64,000 nucleotides of DNA from Desulfuromonas sp. (lineage in GTDB: Bacteria > Desulfobacterota > Desulfuromonadia > Desulfuromonadales > UBA2294): assembly GCA_002869615.1 (NCBI GenBank), contig PKUH01000110.1:41080-105079 (forward strand), written 5' to 3'. This document shows positions 29,990 to 39,934 of the stretch, in pieces (the first letter of the stretch is position 1; each line of letters starts with the position of its first letter). The notes under the pieces are model-generated. The model made no database searches. It worked only from the letters and a program-made list of their open reading frames with translations, and had not been told where the DNA came from. The translations under genes and the position numbers were made by a program.

Positions 29990-31363
29990 ATGTTTAGCAG
30001 ATTCTTGCATCAAACACTATGGACCGCACTGATTCTTTTTGCCTTCAACACAAACAGCCTCGCAGCAGCGCCCGATTTCGTGCAGCTTGCCAAAGATCTC
30101 AAACCGGCTGTCGTTAACATCAGTACCTCGAAAACGATCAAGCAGAGACGCCCGCAAATTCCGGACTTCGGTCCGCAACGTGATTTTTTCGATGATTTCT
30201 TCAACCGTTTCTTCCAGGGGCAACCGCAGCGGGAGCGCAAAACAAGTTCCCTCGGATCCGGCTTCATCATTGACAAAGAGTGTTATATCCTGACCAATGA
30301 TCATGTTGTCAATGGCGCCGATGAGATTGAAGTCAAAATGTCCGATGACCACTCTTTTCCGGCCAAAATCATCGGTTCGGACAGCAAACTTGATCTCGCC
30401 CTGCTGAAAATTGAGACCGATCATGATCTGCCGGTCGCCAAACTCGGCAACAGTGAGAATCTGCAGGTCGGAGAGTGGGTCATGGCGATCGGCAACCCTT
30501 TCGGCCTCGAGCAGACCGTCACCGCCGGTATTGTCTCGGCCAAGGGACGTGTTATCGGCGCCGGACCGTACGATGACTTTATCCAGACCGACGCCTCGAT
30601 CAATCCCGGAAACTCGGGTGGACCGCTGTTCAACGCCAACGGCGAGGTCATCGGAATCAATACGGCGATTGTCGCCCGCGGACAGGGGATCGGCTTTGCC
30701 ATTCCGGTCAACATGGCCCGGGAGATCATTGACCAACTCAAGGAGACTGGCCATGTGACCCGCGGCTGGCTCGGCGTTTCAGTCCAGGACATATCCGAAG
30801 AACTGGCTGAATCGTTCGACCTCGACTCGAAAAAGGGCGCCCTGGTCGCCGAGGTCATTGCTGACTCCCCGGCCGAAAAAGCAGGAATCAAGCGGGGCGA
30901 CATCATTCTTTCCTTCAACGGAAATCCGGTCGATGAACTCAGGGATCTGCCACGGCTGGTTGCGGCAACTCCGATCGATAAAAAAGTCAATGTTGTCCTC
31001 TTCCGCGATGGCAAAAAGAAAACCGTTACCGTGACCATCGGCAAGATGGATGGCGATGAACAGGGGCCGGCCGCCATTGAAGAAAGCGACCTCGGCCTCA
31101 ACTTGACCGACATCACCCATGAATTTGCCGAGCGCTACTCACTGGAGACAACCGAAGGTGTTCTTGTCACCGGCATTGACCCAGAGGGCCCGGCCATTGA
31201 TGCCAACCTCCGGCCCGGTGATGTCATTGTTGAAATCAACGGCCGCGGAATCAGGTCGGTCAAGGAATTCAGAGCGGTGACCGGCGAGGTCAAGGAAGGG
31301 AAATATATCCGGCTGCTGGTCCAGCGCGCAACCAACCTGTTCTATACGACGATCAAGAAATGA
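29990..31363 (+). CDS. degP: Do/DegP/HtrA-family periplasmic serine protease with two PDZ domains
   Basis: Catalytic contexts TNDHV, DLALLK and GNSGGPLFN. AAGGAG RBS before ATG 29990. Signal peptide present. Confidence 0.88.
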   Translation: MFSRFLHQTLWTALILFAFNTNSLAAAPDFVQLAKDLKPAVVNISTSKTIKQRRPQIPDFGPQRDFFDDFFNRFFQGQPQRERKTSSLGSGFIIDKECYILTNDHVVNGADEIEVKMSDDHSFPAKIIGSDSKLDLALLKIETDHDLPVAKLGNSENLQVGEWVMAIGNPFGLEQTVTAGIVSAKGRVIGAGPYDDFIQTDASINPGNSGGPLFNANGEVIGINTAIVARGQGIGFAIPVNMAREIIDQLKETGHVTRGWLGVSVQDISEELAESFDLDSKKGALVAEVIADSPAEKAGIKRGDIILSFNGNPVDELRDLPRLVAATPIDKKVNVVLFRDGKKKTVTVTIGKMDGDEQGPAAIEESDLGLNLTDITHEFAERYSLETTEGVLVTGIDPEGPAIDANLRPGDVIVEINGRGIRSVKEFRAVTGEVKEGKYIRLLVQRATNLFYTTIKK

Positions 31364-31383
31364 TCGGAAAATAATGATCGAAA

Positions 31384-31411
31384 GGGGCCTGAGTAATCAG
31401 GCCCCTTTTTT
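31384..31411 (+). terminator. rho-independent terminator of degP
   Basis: GGGGCCTGA-GTAA-TCAGGCCCC followed by TTTTTT. Confidence 0.8.
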
Positions 31412-31545
31412 GATATGCGTCCGGCAACCCGGGCCATTAATCTCCGCCGTAAGCTCAACTTCACAATAGTTGTGGATCCCGTTTTTTTTCTTCCCTTGCA
31501 AACGGCAGAGGAGAAAATCGCAGCCTCTTCTGCTATCCTTAGCCC

Positions 31546-32553
31546 ATGCGTCCGGTTTTCTATCCACTTCTGGTCGATGGTCCGCATGGCGATCCGGCCT
31601 TTTACGTCAGAATCGCCCACCGTCGGGAGGCCCTGCTGTTCGACTGTGGTTCGCTGGCCAGTCTCACGGCCCGCGAAATGTCGAAAGTAAGGCACCTCTT
31701 TATTTCCCACACCCACGTCGATCACTTCATTGACTTTGATCGGCTCGTCCGTTTCTTTCTCTACACCGATCATCACCTTACCGTTCATGGCCCGAGCGGC
31801 CTGGCCCGGCAGGTCGGTAGTCGACTGGCCGGCTACACCTGGAATCTGGTTGATGGTTTTCCATTCGAAATTACGGTTCGGGAATGGGACGGCGCAGTAA
31901 TCGACAGCTTCCGTTTTCGGGCCCGCAACGCCTTCCGGATGGAAGAGCTTGATTCCATCGACTGTCCCGATGGCCGGCTCCTTGAGACCGCGGCCTATCA
32001 TGTTTCGGCCGTCCGACTCGACCACGGCAACATCACGTCACTCGCTTACACTCTGCAAGAAGTCCTGCATATCGCCATTCACAAGGATGCCCTTGAACGA
32101 GCAGGGTACCGACCAGGACCCTGGCTGACCGATTTCAAGGATTTTTTGCGCTCGCAGCAGGCATGCCCTGACTCGATCGAGGTGCCATTACATGCTGGCG
32201 GTTCTGTCACCTGCACCATAGTCGACCTCGCTGCGAGAATCGCCCACACCGAACCGGGGATGAAGATCTGCTATGTTACAGACGTCAGTCCGACAGAAGC
32301 GAATCTTGAAAAAATCATCGCTCTCGCTGCCAGTGCACACCTGCTCGCCATCGAGGCACCTTTTGCTCACAGCGATCTTGAAAGAGCCCGAAAAAGAAAC
32401 CATCTGACCGCACACCTTGCCGGGGCTATCGCCGCAAAGGCACAGGTCAGCCGTTGCCTTTTTTTCCACTTCTCTCCGCGCTACCATGAGACCGGCTATG
32501 ACCTGGCCAAAGAAGGAGAGGCTGCTTTCAGAACTTCCGCTCAGGTGAGGTGA
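31546..32553 (+). CDS. MBL-fold metallo-hydrolase (RNase Z/BN-like)
   Basis: HTHVDH (HxHxDH) after LLFDCG, and a C-terminal FFHFSPRY. Confidence 0.7.
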   Translation: MRPVFYPLLVDGPHGDPAFYVRIAHRREALLFDCGSLASLTAREMSKVRHLFISHTHVDHFIDFDRLVRFFLYTDHHLTVHGPSGLARQVGSRLAGYTWNLVDGFPFEITVREWDGAVIDSFRFRARNAFRMEELDSIDCPDGRLLETAAYHVSAVRLDHGNITSLAYTLQEVLHIAIHKDALERAGYRPGPWLTDFKDFLRSQQACPDSIEVPLHAGGSVTCTIVDLAARIAHTEPGMKICYVTDVSPTEANLEKIIALAASAHLLAIEAPFAHSDLERARKRNHLTAHLAGAIAAKAQVSRCLFFHFSPRYHETGYDLAKEGEAAFRTSAQVR

Positions 32554-33047
32554 AGCGCTATCGCCGACACACCTGCCGAGCAGAGCCCGATCAATAGTGA
32601 CCAGAGTCCATTTCGGATCAATGCATATTTCCTGGTCAGACGATGTTTTCCGAGGTAGTAGATTTCGTGCAGGTAGGCATCGTAAATTTTTTCCCGGTCA
32701 GCAATCAGTTCCTTGCCGAGGGCCATAAACTCGCCCTCTTCAATTTCGGCAAATGACCGGAAATAAAAGAAATTGACGCCGCCGTGGGCATGTATTGGCG
32801 GAATGATCGCAAAAATCGAAAAAATGATGGCAAGAAGTCCGGTGACCAGCAGCAACAGGACCGTCAGCAAAGAAAGCTGCTGCATCTGGGTAATGGTGAT
32901 GGTCAGAACCAGAGATGATGCGGTCATGATCATCGACGCCTTGGTGTCGGCCATCTGGTTGAGGGTCATGTGTTTGCTCAGGTTGGCGCGCAGGACATTA
33001 CTCGCCAGCAATCGCGGCAAAACCGGTTCTTCTCTCTTCTCCTCCAT
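32541..33047 (-). CDS. small membrane protein resembling the DUF5706 / Pycsar-effector (PycTM) domain
   Basis: The N-terminal ...NQMADTKASMIM motif is followed by two TM helices and a helical tail. Family recalled from memory, not searched. Confidence 0.45.
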   Translation of the reverse strand: MEEKREEPVLPRLLASNVLRANLSKHMTLNQMADTKASMIMTASSLVLTITITQMQQLSLLTVLLLLVTGLLAIIFSIFAIIPPIHAHGGVNFFYFRSFAEIEEGEFMALGKELIADREKIYDAYLHEIYYLGKHRLTRKYALIRNGLWSLLIGLCSAGVSAIALHLT

Positions 33048-33174
33048 GTTTTCTCCTTTTCCCTTTCATCTGCAACCTGTTCATTATATCCGGCAAAGAC
33101 AATTCTGCAAAGCTTTGCGACACCGTTCTTCTGTGCAAAAGCACAGTGTTTTTAAAACATTCCTGTGTTAGTTT

Positions 33175-34560
33175 GTGACCATGCGCCTTGCCTTGAAACA
33201 TCAAATAATTCTCGCCCCGGCGACGGTCCTGCTACTGCTGGCACTGCTTCTCGGGTTCATGCAGCTCAGCTACTGGGATCTGACCCTGAAGCGCCAGGCT
33301 TCGCGCAAACTCGGAACCGTTTTCCTGTCGTTAGCCGAAGCCGACCTGGCAACCCAGAGAATATATCGCCTGGCGGTCCGCCTGAGCCGCGAGGACCTGG
33401 TCAACGTGGCCAGGGTCAGCGAACTCGCCATGTACTACCAGCACCTTGACGAAGCGAGTGAACGGATTATCTCGAACCTCGGTATGAACAAGCGGGACCG
33501 GACCCGGTTTCGCGAAACCGTCAACAAGCTGAATCCGGAGTTCGGCTTTGATGCCGAACGTTTTGTCGAAGCGATTGGCGAGCTCCGGCCCCAGTTTGTC
33601 AGTTTTTCCGAACAGATGCAGGAACGCCGCGCCACCTTGAGCAAGGTCCAGTCGGCTGATATTGACGAACTGGTCACCCGGACCACCCTCGTTTCAATTA
33701 TCGTGCTCGGCACCGCGATTCTTCTTGGCATCTTTTTGTCACTCTATTTTGCCCGCCGCATCCTGCGGCGGATTCAGGGCCTCTCCGACAGCGCCCGCCG
33801 GATCGCCGAGGGCGAACTGGTCGCACCGACCCCTCCGGAGAAGATGCAGGACGAGCTGGACGAACTGACCTTATCGATCAGCCGCATGACCGACAAACTG
33901 ATTCGCGTCGTCAGTACGGAGAAACTGCTTGAGGGCGCCGAGGAAGAACGGCGGCGCATCGCTATGGATATCCACGATCAGACCCTGGCCGATCTCGCCA
34001 CCGTCAAGCGGGATGTCGAAGTCCTCAAGGAGAAAGAAGATTGCCGGGATGAAGCCGGCCGGCTCCAGAGCAACCTCGACAGGGCGATCCATAATCTGCG
34101 CGAGGTCATGGACAACCTGCATCCACAGACACTCGATATTCTCGGTCTCGGCGCCGCCCTCGAGTCGCATCTCGAGCGCCATTTCAGCGGTCCAGACCTG
34201 CCCGAATACCACTTCCACCAGACCAGCAAAGCCGAGGACCTGCAGCTGCCGAAATTTGCCAGCCTGGCCATTTACCGCATCGCCTCGGAAGCGATTCACA
34301 ATATTATCAGGCATGCCAATGCCAACCGCTACGAAGTGAATCTTGATGTCAACAACGGACATTTTTCTCTCGTCATTGAAGACAACGGCCGCGGCTTTGA
34401 CCCGGCTGCGGTTAACGAAAGCGGTCGCCGCGGTTTGCACAATATCAAGGAACGAGCGCGGGCAATAGGCGGCCAGGTATCGTGGAAAGCATCCCGCTTC
34501 TCGAGCGGCACCCGATTTGAACTTACAATCAATATCTCTTCCCTGAAACAGGAGGTATGA
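33175..34560 (+). CDS. sensor histidine kinase (HAMP + HisKA_3 + HATPase, NarX/LiaS type)
   Basis: H-box RRRIAMDIHDQTLADL, with N-box and G-box (DNGRGF) motifs. The start may be ATG 33181. Confidence 0.85.
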   Translation: MTMRLALKHQIILAPATVLLLLALLLGFMQLSYWDLTLKRQASRKLGTVFLSLAEADLATQRIYRLAVRLSREDLVNVARVSELAMYYQHLDEASERIISNLGMNKRDRTRFRETVNKLNPEFGFDAERFVEAIGELRPQFVSFSEQMQERRATLSKVQSADIDELVTRTTLVSIIVLGTAILLGIFLSLYFARRILRRIQGLSDSARRIAEGELVAPTPPEKMQDELDELTLSISRMTDKLIRVVSTEKLLEGAEEERRRIAMDIHDQTLADLATVKRDVEVLKEKEDCRDEAGRLQSNLDRAIHNLREVMDNLHPQTLDILGLGAALESHLERHFSGPDLPEYHFHQTSKAEDLQLPKFASLAIYRIASEAIHNIIRHANANRYEVNLDVNNGHFSLVIEDNGRGFDPAAVNESGRRGLHNIKERARAIGGQVSWKASRFSSGTRFELTINISSLKQEV

Positions 34561-34563
34561 CCG

Positions 34564-35310
34564 ATGTCAGAGGTTCTCGATATCATTGTCGCCGAAGACA
34601 ATCCCAAGGATTTTGAATTTCTCGAATCCCTTTTTGAAAAATGGGAAAACCTGCCGAACATCGAGCGGGCCCAGAATGGCGCCGCCGCCCTTGAGCTTGC
34701 CCTGAAGTACGAAAATCCGCTGGTGGTCAGTGACATCCAGATGCCGGAAATGAACGGCATCGAGTTTGCCCGCGAGCTCTGGGCGAAAAAGCCGACAACC
34801 CGCATCGTTTTCTGGAGTCAGTTCAAGGATGAGATGTATGTCCGGTCCCTGCTCAAGATCGTGCCGCCGGAAACCGTTTACGGCTACATTCTCAAATCGA
34901 ACACCAAGGAGAAGATCGCTGCGGCCATCGAGACGGTACTCTGCGATGAACAGTGCTGGATCGATCCGGATGTGCGCAAGGTTCAGGGCGTCACCGGCCA
35001 CAGCCAGACCGCACTTTCCGATATTGAATTCGAAGCCCTGATCGACATCTCGCTCGGCCTGACCGACAACCTGATCGCACAGAGACGTTACCTTTCCCGC
35101 CGTGGCGTGCAAAGCCGTCTCAATTCCCTCTACAACAAGCTCGGCATCGATCAGGAACAGTTTCACAGCGACAAGCATGGCGATGCCCTCAACCTCCGTA
35201 ATCGGGCGGTTGCCGTCGCTCTGCGCCGCGGCCTGATCAACCCGTTCGAGCTCGAGAACGAAGAGACGATTTTCCAGGAATGGCTGGCCAAGTTTATCCG
35301 CAGCCACTGA
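34564..35310 (+). CDS. NarL/FixJ-type response regulator (receiver + LuxR-like HTH)
   Basis: Receiver domain (VAEDN, VVSDIQMPEMNG). The C-terminal LSDIEFEALIDISLGLTDNLIAQRRYLSRRGVQSRLNSLYNKLGI is LuxR-like. Confidence 0.8.
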   Translation: MSEVLDIIVAEDNPKDFEFLESLFEKWENLPNIERAQNGAAALELALKYENPLVVSDIQMPEMNGIEFARELWAKKPTTRIVFWSQFKDEMYVRSLLKIVPPETVYGYILKSNTKEKIAAAIETVLCDEQCWIDPDVRKVQGVTGHSQTALSDIEFEALIDISLGLTDNLIAQRRYLSRRGVQSRLNSLYNKLGIDQEQFHSDKHGDALNLRNRAVAVALRRGLINPFELENEETIFQEWLAKFIRSH

Positions 35311-35398
35311 GTTGGGTCGAATTGACCGTTCTTTATTGAATCACTCAACGAGATGTGCTAGATACAATGGTCATACAAAAAACCATTGGAGCAATGGC

Positions 35399-36127
35399 AT
35401 GACCACTTTATTTCAACCGATCAAACCGAAAAAGATCTCTGAAGAGATCGTCGAGCAGATCAAACAGCTGATCTCTTCCGGCGATCTCAAGCCGGGCGAA
35501 CGCGTCCCTTCAGAACGGGAGCTTTCGACCATGCTCGGCGTCAGCCGACCATCAGTCCGCGAAGCGATTATGGTTCTCGAGGCGATGGGATTTCTCGAAT
35601 CACGACAGGGTGGCGGCACCTACATCCGATCCTTAACCGAGATGACTATAGCCGACCCGTTAAGCAGTCTTGTCGGCAGCAAGCAACCGAAAATCCTTTA
35701 TGCTTTGACCGAAGTCCGCATGGGGCTCGAAACATGGTCGGCCTATTTGGCCGCGCAAAGAGCGACTGAAGACCAGATCCAGCAGATGCGCAGCCTCTAC
35801 ACCATCATGGAAAAACAGGCCGCCGAAGGTGGCTGGGATGCCGAGATTGATGCCAAGTTCCATTACATCATCACCGAAGCAACCCAGAACACGATCCAGG
35901 TTCACGTTCTCAATACGATCCATTCGCTCTTCCAGACAACAATTATGGTCGCCCTGACTGAATTTTACCAGAAAGAGGGCTATCTCGAACGCCTGCTGAC
36001 GCAGCATCGAGACATCCTCGAAGCGATCGAAGCGCGCGACCCGGAGCGGGCGCAAAAAGCGATGCAAGTTCATCTTGAGCTGGTCGAAAAGAAAATGAAT
36101 GAGTTTCTCGAAGAGGAGAAAAGCTGA
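35399..36127 (+). CDS. GntR/FadR-family transcriptional regulator (LldR/PdhR-like, FCD domain)
   Basis: The winged HTH is PGERVPSERELSTMLGVSRPSVREAIMVLEAMGFLESRQGGGTYI. The C-terminal domain is helical and FCD-like. Confidence 0.85.
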   Translation: MTTLFQPIKPKKISEEIVEQIKQLISSGDLKPGERVPSERELSTMLGVSRPSVREAIMVLEAMGFLESRQGGGTYIRSLTEMTIADPLSSLVGSKQPKILYALTEVRMGLETWSAYLAAQRATEDQIQQMRSLYTIMEKQAAEGGWDAEIDAKFHYIITEATQNTIQVHVLNTIHSLFQTTIMVALTEFYQKEGYLERLLTQHRDILEAIEARDPERAQKAMQVHLELVEKKMNEFLEEEKS

Positions 36128-36150
36128 GCACCTAAGCTTTAGCCGATAAG

Positions 36151-36182
36151 AAAAGGACAGGCGATGAGCCTGTCCTTTTTTG
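36151..36182. terminator. bidirectional terminator between the GntR gene and glcF
   Basis: AAAA-GGACAGG-CGATGAG-CCTGTCC-TTTTTTT. Confidence 0.8.
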
Positions 36183-36183
36183 C

Positions 36184-37485
36184 TTAATCCTTTACCGCTT
36201 TGCCAATCAACTCCATAATATGGAGCACCGGTTGCTTCATTCCGGCCTCCTTCAATCCCCAGGCGAGCTGCAGGTGGCAGCCGGGATTGGCGGTGACCAG
36301 GATGTCGGCTTTCGTCGCCGCCACGTTATTGAGCTTTCGATCAAGAATCTCCCGACTCTCCTCGGTAAACTTGAGACCAAACGTCGCGGCCGAACCGCAG
36401 CACCAGCTCGCTTCGTTCATTTCGATATATTCAACACCCGGAAGCGACTTGAGCAGATCACGCGGCTGCCGACTGATGTTCTGGGCGTGGCAGAGATGAC
36501 ACGGCTCATGATACGTCACTTTGAGATCAAGCGGCTCAAGATCTTCGGTGCGCAGGCCGACCTCGGCAAGAAACTCGGAAACATCCCTGACCTTGGCCTT
36601 GAAGGCGACCAGCTTGTCATGATCAGCGGTCCCTTCGAGCAGCTCTTCGTATTCCTTGAGCGCTGCCCCGCAACCGGCACAATCAGTGACGATCGCATCG
36701 GCTTCGAGATCGAGGAACAGCTCGATATTATGCAGGGCGAGCTGTCTTGCCGTTTCCCGGTCCCCTTCATTGAGATGCGGCGCCCCGCAGCACTTCTGGG
36801 CTTTCGGGGTGACGATTTCGAAGCCCTGCTGGGCCAGAACCCGAACCGTCTGCCGCGACACTTCAGCATACATCAGGGTCATGATACAGCCGAGGAAGAA
36901 GGCGACCGTCCCGCGCTGTTCACCTTCGGCCGGCACTACCTCCGGCAGCTGCTGCCGCAACGGCGGGTGCAACTCCGGTATCATCCCCTCGGCCTTGGCC
37001 ATCCAGTCCGGCCCGATTTTCATGATTCCGCTCTGACGAACCAGCCACTGAATGCCGAGCTTCTGGTAGAGCCGGGCCGGCAACATCGAAAATTCGAGTT
37101 TGTCGGGATCAGGCAGCATCTTTTCAAGGACAAAATTTCGGAAGGCCTTGACCGGAGTCGACGGCGGAAAAGCCTCATGTGCCTGGCTGCGGCAATGCTC
37201 CATCACCTCTCCGGCATGAACACCGGAGGGGCAGGCGGTCGTGCAGGCCCGACAATCGAGGCAGAAATAAGCCTCATCTTTCAGAGCCTGAGTAAAGTCG
37301 AGTTGCTCTTCGGCCACGGCGCGGGCCAGGGCAACCCGGCCGCGTGGACTGGAACGCTCCCGACCGGTCATAGCATAAGTCGGACAGGTCGGCAGACAGA
37401 AACCGCAGCGCATGCACTGCAATACTGACGGATAGGTCGGGGCATCATCATTGAATAAATTGCCGAGCGGCTTCTTGTCATTCAC
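36184..37485 (-). CDS. glcF: glycolate/D-lactate oxidase iron-sulfur subunit (GlcF-like, 2x[4Fe-4S] + CCG domains)
   Basis: CMRCGFCLPTCP and CLDCRACTTACP, with CCG motifs (CCGAP, CCGSA). The GTG 37485 start overlaps the glcD end. The listed 589-aa ORF is an overextension. Confidence 0.82.
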   Translation of the reverse strand: MNDKKPLGNLFNDDAPTYPSVLQCMRCGFCLPTCPTYAMTGRERSSPRGRVALARAVAEEQLDFTQALKDEAYFCLDCRACTTACPSGVHAGEVMEHCRSQAHEAFPPSTPVKAFRNFVLEKMLPDPDKLEFSMLPARLYQKLGIQWLVRQSGIMKIGPDWMAKAEGMIPELHPPLRQQLPEVVPAEGEQRGTVAFFLGCIMTLMYAEVSRQTVRVLAQQGFEIVTPKAQKCCGAPHLNEGDRETARQLALHNIELFLDLEADAIVTDCAGCGAALKEYEELLEGTADHDKLVAFKAKVRDVSEFLAEVGLRTEDLEPLDLKVTYHEPCHLCHAQNISRQPRDLLKSLPGVEYIEMNEASWCCGSAATFGLKFTEESREILDRKLNNVAATKADILVTANPGCHLQLAWGLKEAGMKQPVLHIMELIGKAVKD

Positions 37486-38893
37486 TTTTGGCCTCCGTGC
37501 CATTTGCCTCAAACATCTTTCCGGGATTGAGCAGTCCGCCCGGATCAAAACTCTGTTTAATCCGGCGCAGTACGGCAACGCCGCCGGGTCCGATCTGCCG
37601 TTTGAGGTAGCCCATCTTGGCCATGCCGATACCGTGCTCGCCGGAAACGGTTCCACCCCATTCGAGGACCTTGTCATACAGCTCCTCGTAAAAGGCGTGG
37701 GCCCGCTCCATCTCATCCTGATCGCGTTCATCACAGAGCACGGTCGGGTGCAGATTGCCATCCCCGGCATGACCGAAGGTTCCGACCTTGAGCTTGTATT
37801 TTTCGGTGAGTCGATCGATCTCTGCAAAGGTTTCGGCAAGACGGGAACGAGGCACGGTCGCATCTTCGAGCAGGGTCGTCGGTGAAACCCGGGCCAGGGC
37901 CGAAAGTGCCGTCCGGCGGGCCGCCGCCAGCTGGGCGGTATGCTCGGCATCACGGGCCAGATGAACTTCAGCGGCGCCGACTTCTTCCAGAACCTGCTGT
38001 ACTCCGGCCGCCTCTTCAGCGACCATCGCCGGGTGACCGTCGACCTCGATCAGCAGCAACGCCGCCATCTCGCGCGGCAGGCCGATCGCTGAAAAATCCT
38101 CGACGCAGTTAATCGTCGCCTTGTCCATGATCTCCATGGTCGAAGGGATAATCCTTGCCGCAATGATCTTCGAGACCGCCTCGCCGGCCGTCCGGGTGTC
38201 GGAAAAATAAGCCAGTATCGTCTTCTTGTCCTGGGGCGGGGGGATCAGCCTGAGGGTCGCCTCGGTGACAATCGCAAGGGTCCCTTCACTGCCGATCAGC
38301 AAATCCTTCAGGGCATAACCGGCAACATCCTTGACGCTCTTGCCGCCGGTATTAAACGGTGTGCCATCGGCCAGGAAACCAGAGAGCGCCATCACATAAT
38401 CGCGGGTCACTCCGTATTTAAGACCGCGCAGACCGCCGGCATCCTCGGCGATATTGCCACCAAGGGTCGAGATCTTCTGCGAGCCCGGATCGGGCGGATA
38501 GAACAGTCCTTTTTCAGCGACGGCATTAAAAAAGTCGAGGGTCACGACCCCGGCCTGGGCGGTGGCGGTCAGGTTCTCTTCATCAATCTCGAGGATACGA
38601 TTCATTTTCGTGAGGCAAAGCACCAGGCCCCCTTGCGGAGCAATACTGCCGCCGGAAAGACCGGTTCCGGAGCCACGCGGAACGATCGGCATGCCCTCCT
38701 CGCTGGCCAGCGCAATAACAAAGCCGACCTCTTCCGTCGTTTCGGGGAACACGACCGCGTCAGGAACTCCCTGCAGACCCGGGGTTGCATCATAGCCGAA
38801 GGTCAGCAAATCCTCTTTTTCAGTGAGAACCCGTTTTTCTCCCAAACGCTCAATCAATGTCTTTTTTGCAGCTGCTGAAATCATATCCCGCAC
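37478..38893 (-). CDS. glcD: FAD-linked oxidase (GlcD / D-lactate dehydrogenase family)
   Basis: FAD_binding_4 motifs (PRGSGTGLSGG) and the C-terminal GEHGIG. Confidence 0.88.
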   Translation of the reverse strand: MRDMISAAAKKTLIERLGEKRVLTEKEDLLTFGYDATPGLQGVPDAVVFPETTEEVGFVIALASEEGMPIVPRGSGTGLSGGSIAPQGGLVLCLTKMNRILEIDEENLTATAQAGVVTLDFFNAVAEKGLFYPPDPGSQKISTLGGNIAEDAGGLRGLKYGVTRDYVMALSGFLADGTPFNTGGKSVKDVAGYALKDLLIGSEGTLAIVTEATLRLIPPPQDKKTILAYFSDTRTAGEAVSKIIAARIIPSTMEIMDKATINCVEDFSAIGLPREMAALLLIEVDGHPAMVAEEAAGVQQVLEEVGAAEVHLARDAEHTAQLAAARRTALSALARVSPTTLLEDATVPRSRLAETFAEIDRLTEKYKLKVGTFGHAGDGNLHPTVLCDERDQDEMERAHAFYEELYDKVLEWGGTVSGEHGIGMAKMGYLKRQIGPGGVAVLRRIKQSFDPGGLLNPGKMFEANGTEAKSE

Positions 38894-38920
38894 CTCTGAA
38901 TTTTTTATGAATATCCCGTG

Positions 38921-39934
38921 TTAGCCACCAAAGAATACCGAAGGTAACCAGGTAATAATTTCCGGGAATATGATTAACATCGCCAGCCCGATCACCTGGA
39001 TAACAACAAAGGGAAGAATCCCCTTGTAGATATCGCCCATGCTGTATTCCGGTGGGGCCACCCCCTTGAAGTAAAACAGCGCATAGCCGAATGGGGGTGT
39101 TAAAAACGAGGTCTGCAGGTTGACGCAGACCAGCATCGCGAACCAGAGCGGGTTGAAATCGAGATCAAGGGCAATCGGTGTAAAGATCGGGACAACGACC
39201 AGCAAAATCGCTGCCCAGTCGATGAACATGCCCATGATAAATACGACCGCCATCATGATTGCCAGAACCACGTACTCACTGACATCCATACCGAGCAGCA
39301 GATCGGCAACGACATCGCCGCCACCCATGCTCAGGAAAACGACCGAGAACAGCTTGCCGCCGATAAAAAGCAGCATGATCATCGACGTCGTCTTGAGAGT
39401 CGAATCGCAGGCCGACTTCATAACCTCCCAGTTGAGTTTTTTGTTGAAGAAGGCAAGGATCATGGCCCCGATGCAGCCGAGTGCAGCTGCTTCGGTCGGG
39501 GTTGCCACGCCGGCCAGGATCGTACCCATGACGATCAGAATCAGGCTGAACGGCGGCACGAAGCTCTTCAGTGTCATCACCACTTTCTGGCCAACAGTGT
39601 GGGTTCGCTCATCAAGCGGAATCGGTGGACCGAGCTCAGGCTTCAGTGCGCAACGGACGCCAACGTATCCCAGATAAAGACCGGAGAGCATGATTCCCGG
39701 CATAATCGCACCGGCGAACAGGTTGCCGACCGAGGTCTCCTTGAGACCGGTCAGACCGCCGTAAACAACCAGCATGATCGACGGCGGAATCAGGATGCCG
39801 AGAGTACCGGATGAACAGATAATGCCGGCCGCCAGGCCACGGTCATAGCCGCGCCGCAAGAGTGCCGGCCCGGCCATCAGCCCCATTGCAACAACCGATG
39901 CACCAATAATACCGGTGGTTGCGGCAAAGACCGT
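38921..39934 (-). CDS. dctM: TRAP transporter large permease DctM, C-terminal three quarters (downstream of in-frame TAG; possible pseudogene)
   Basis: Reads TVFAATTGIIGASVVAMGLMAGPALL... and is in frame with 39935..40261 across TAG 39935-39937. Confidence 0.8.
   Translation of the reverse strand, partial: TVFAATTGIIGASVVAMGLMAGPALLRRGYDRGLAAGIICSSGTLGILIPPSIMLVVYGGLTGLKETSVGNLFAGAIMPGIMLSGLYLGYVGVRCALKPELGPPIPLDERTHTVGQKVVMTLKSFVPPFSLILIVMGTILAGVATPTEAAALGCIGAMILAFFNKKLNWEVMKSACDSTLKTTSMIMLLFIGGKLFSVVFLSMGGGDVVADLLLGMDVSEYVVLAIMMAVVFIMGMFIDWAAILLVVVPIFTPIALDLDFNPLWFAMLVCVNLQTSFLTPPFGYALFYFKGVAPPEYSMGDIYKGILPFVVIQVIGLAMLIIFPEIITWLPSVFFGG

Noticed and set aside
31546-35310. A complete Pycsar/CBASS-type defence system around the PycTM-like gene.
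   Set aside because: No nucleotide cyclase, CD-NTase or other sensor gene is adjacent. The neighbours are an MBL hydrolase and an ordinary two-component system.
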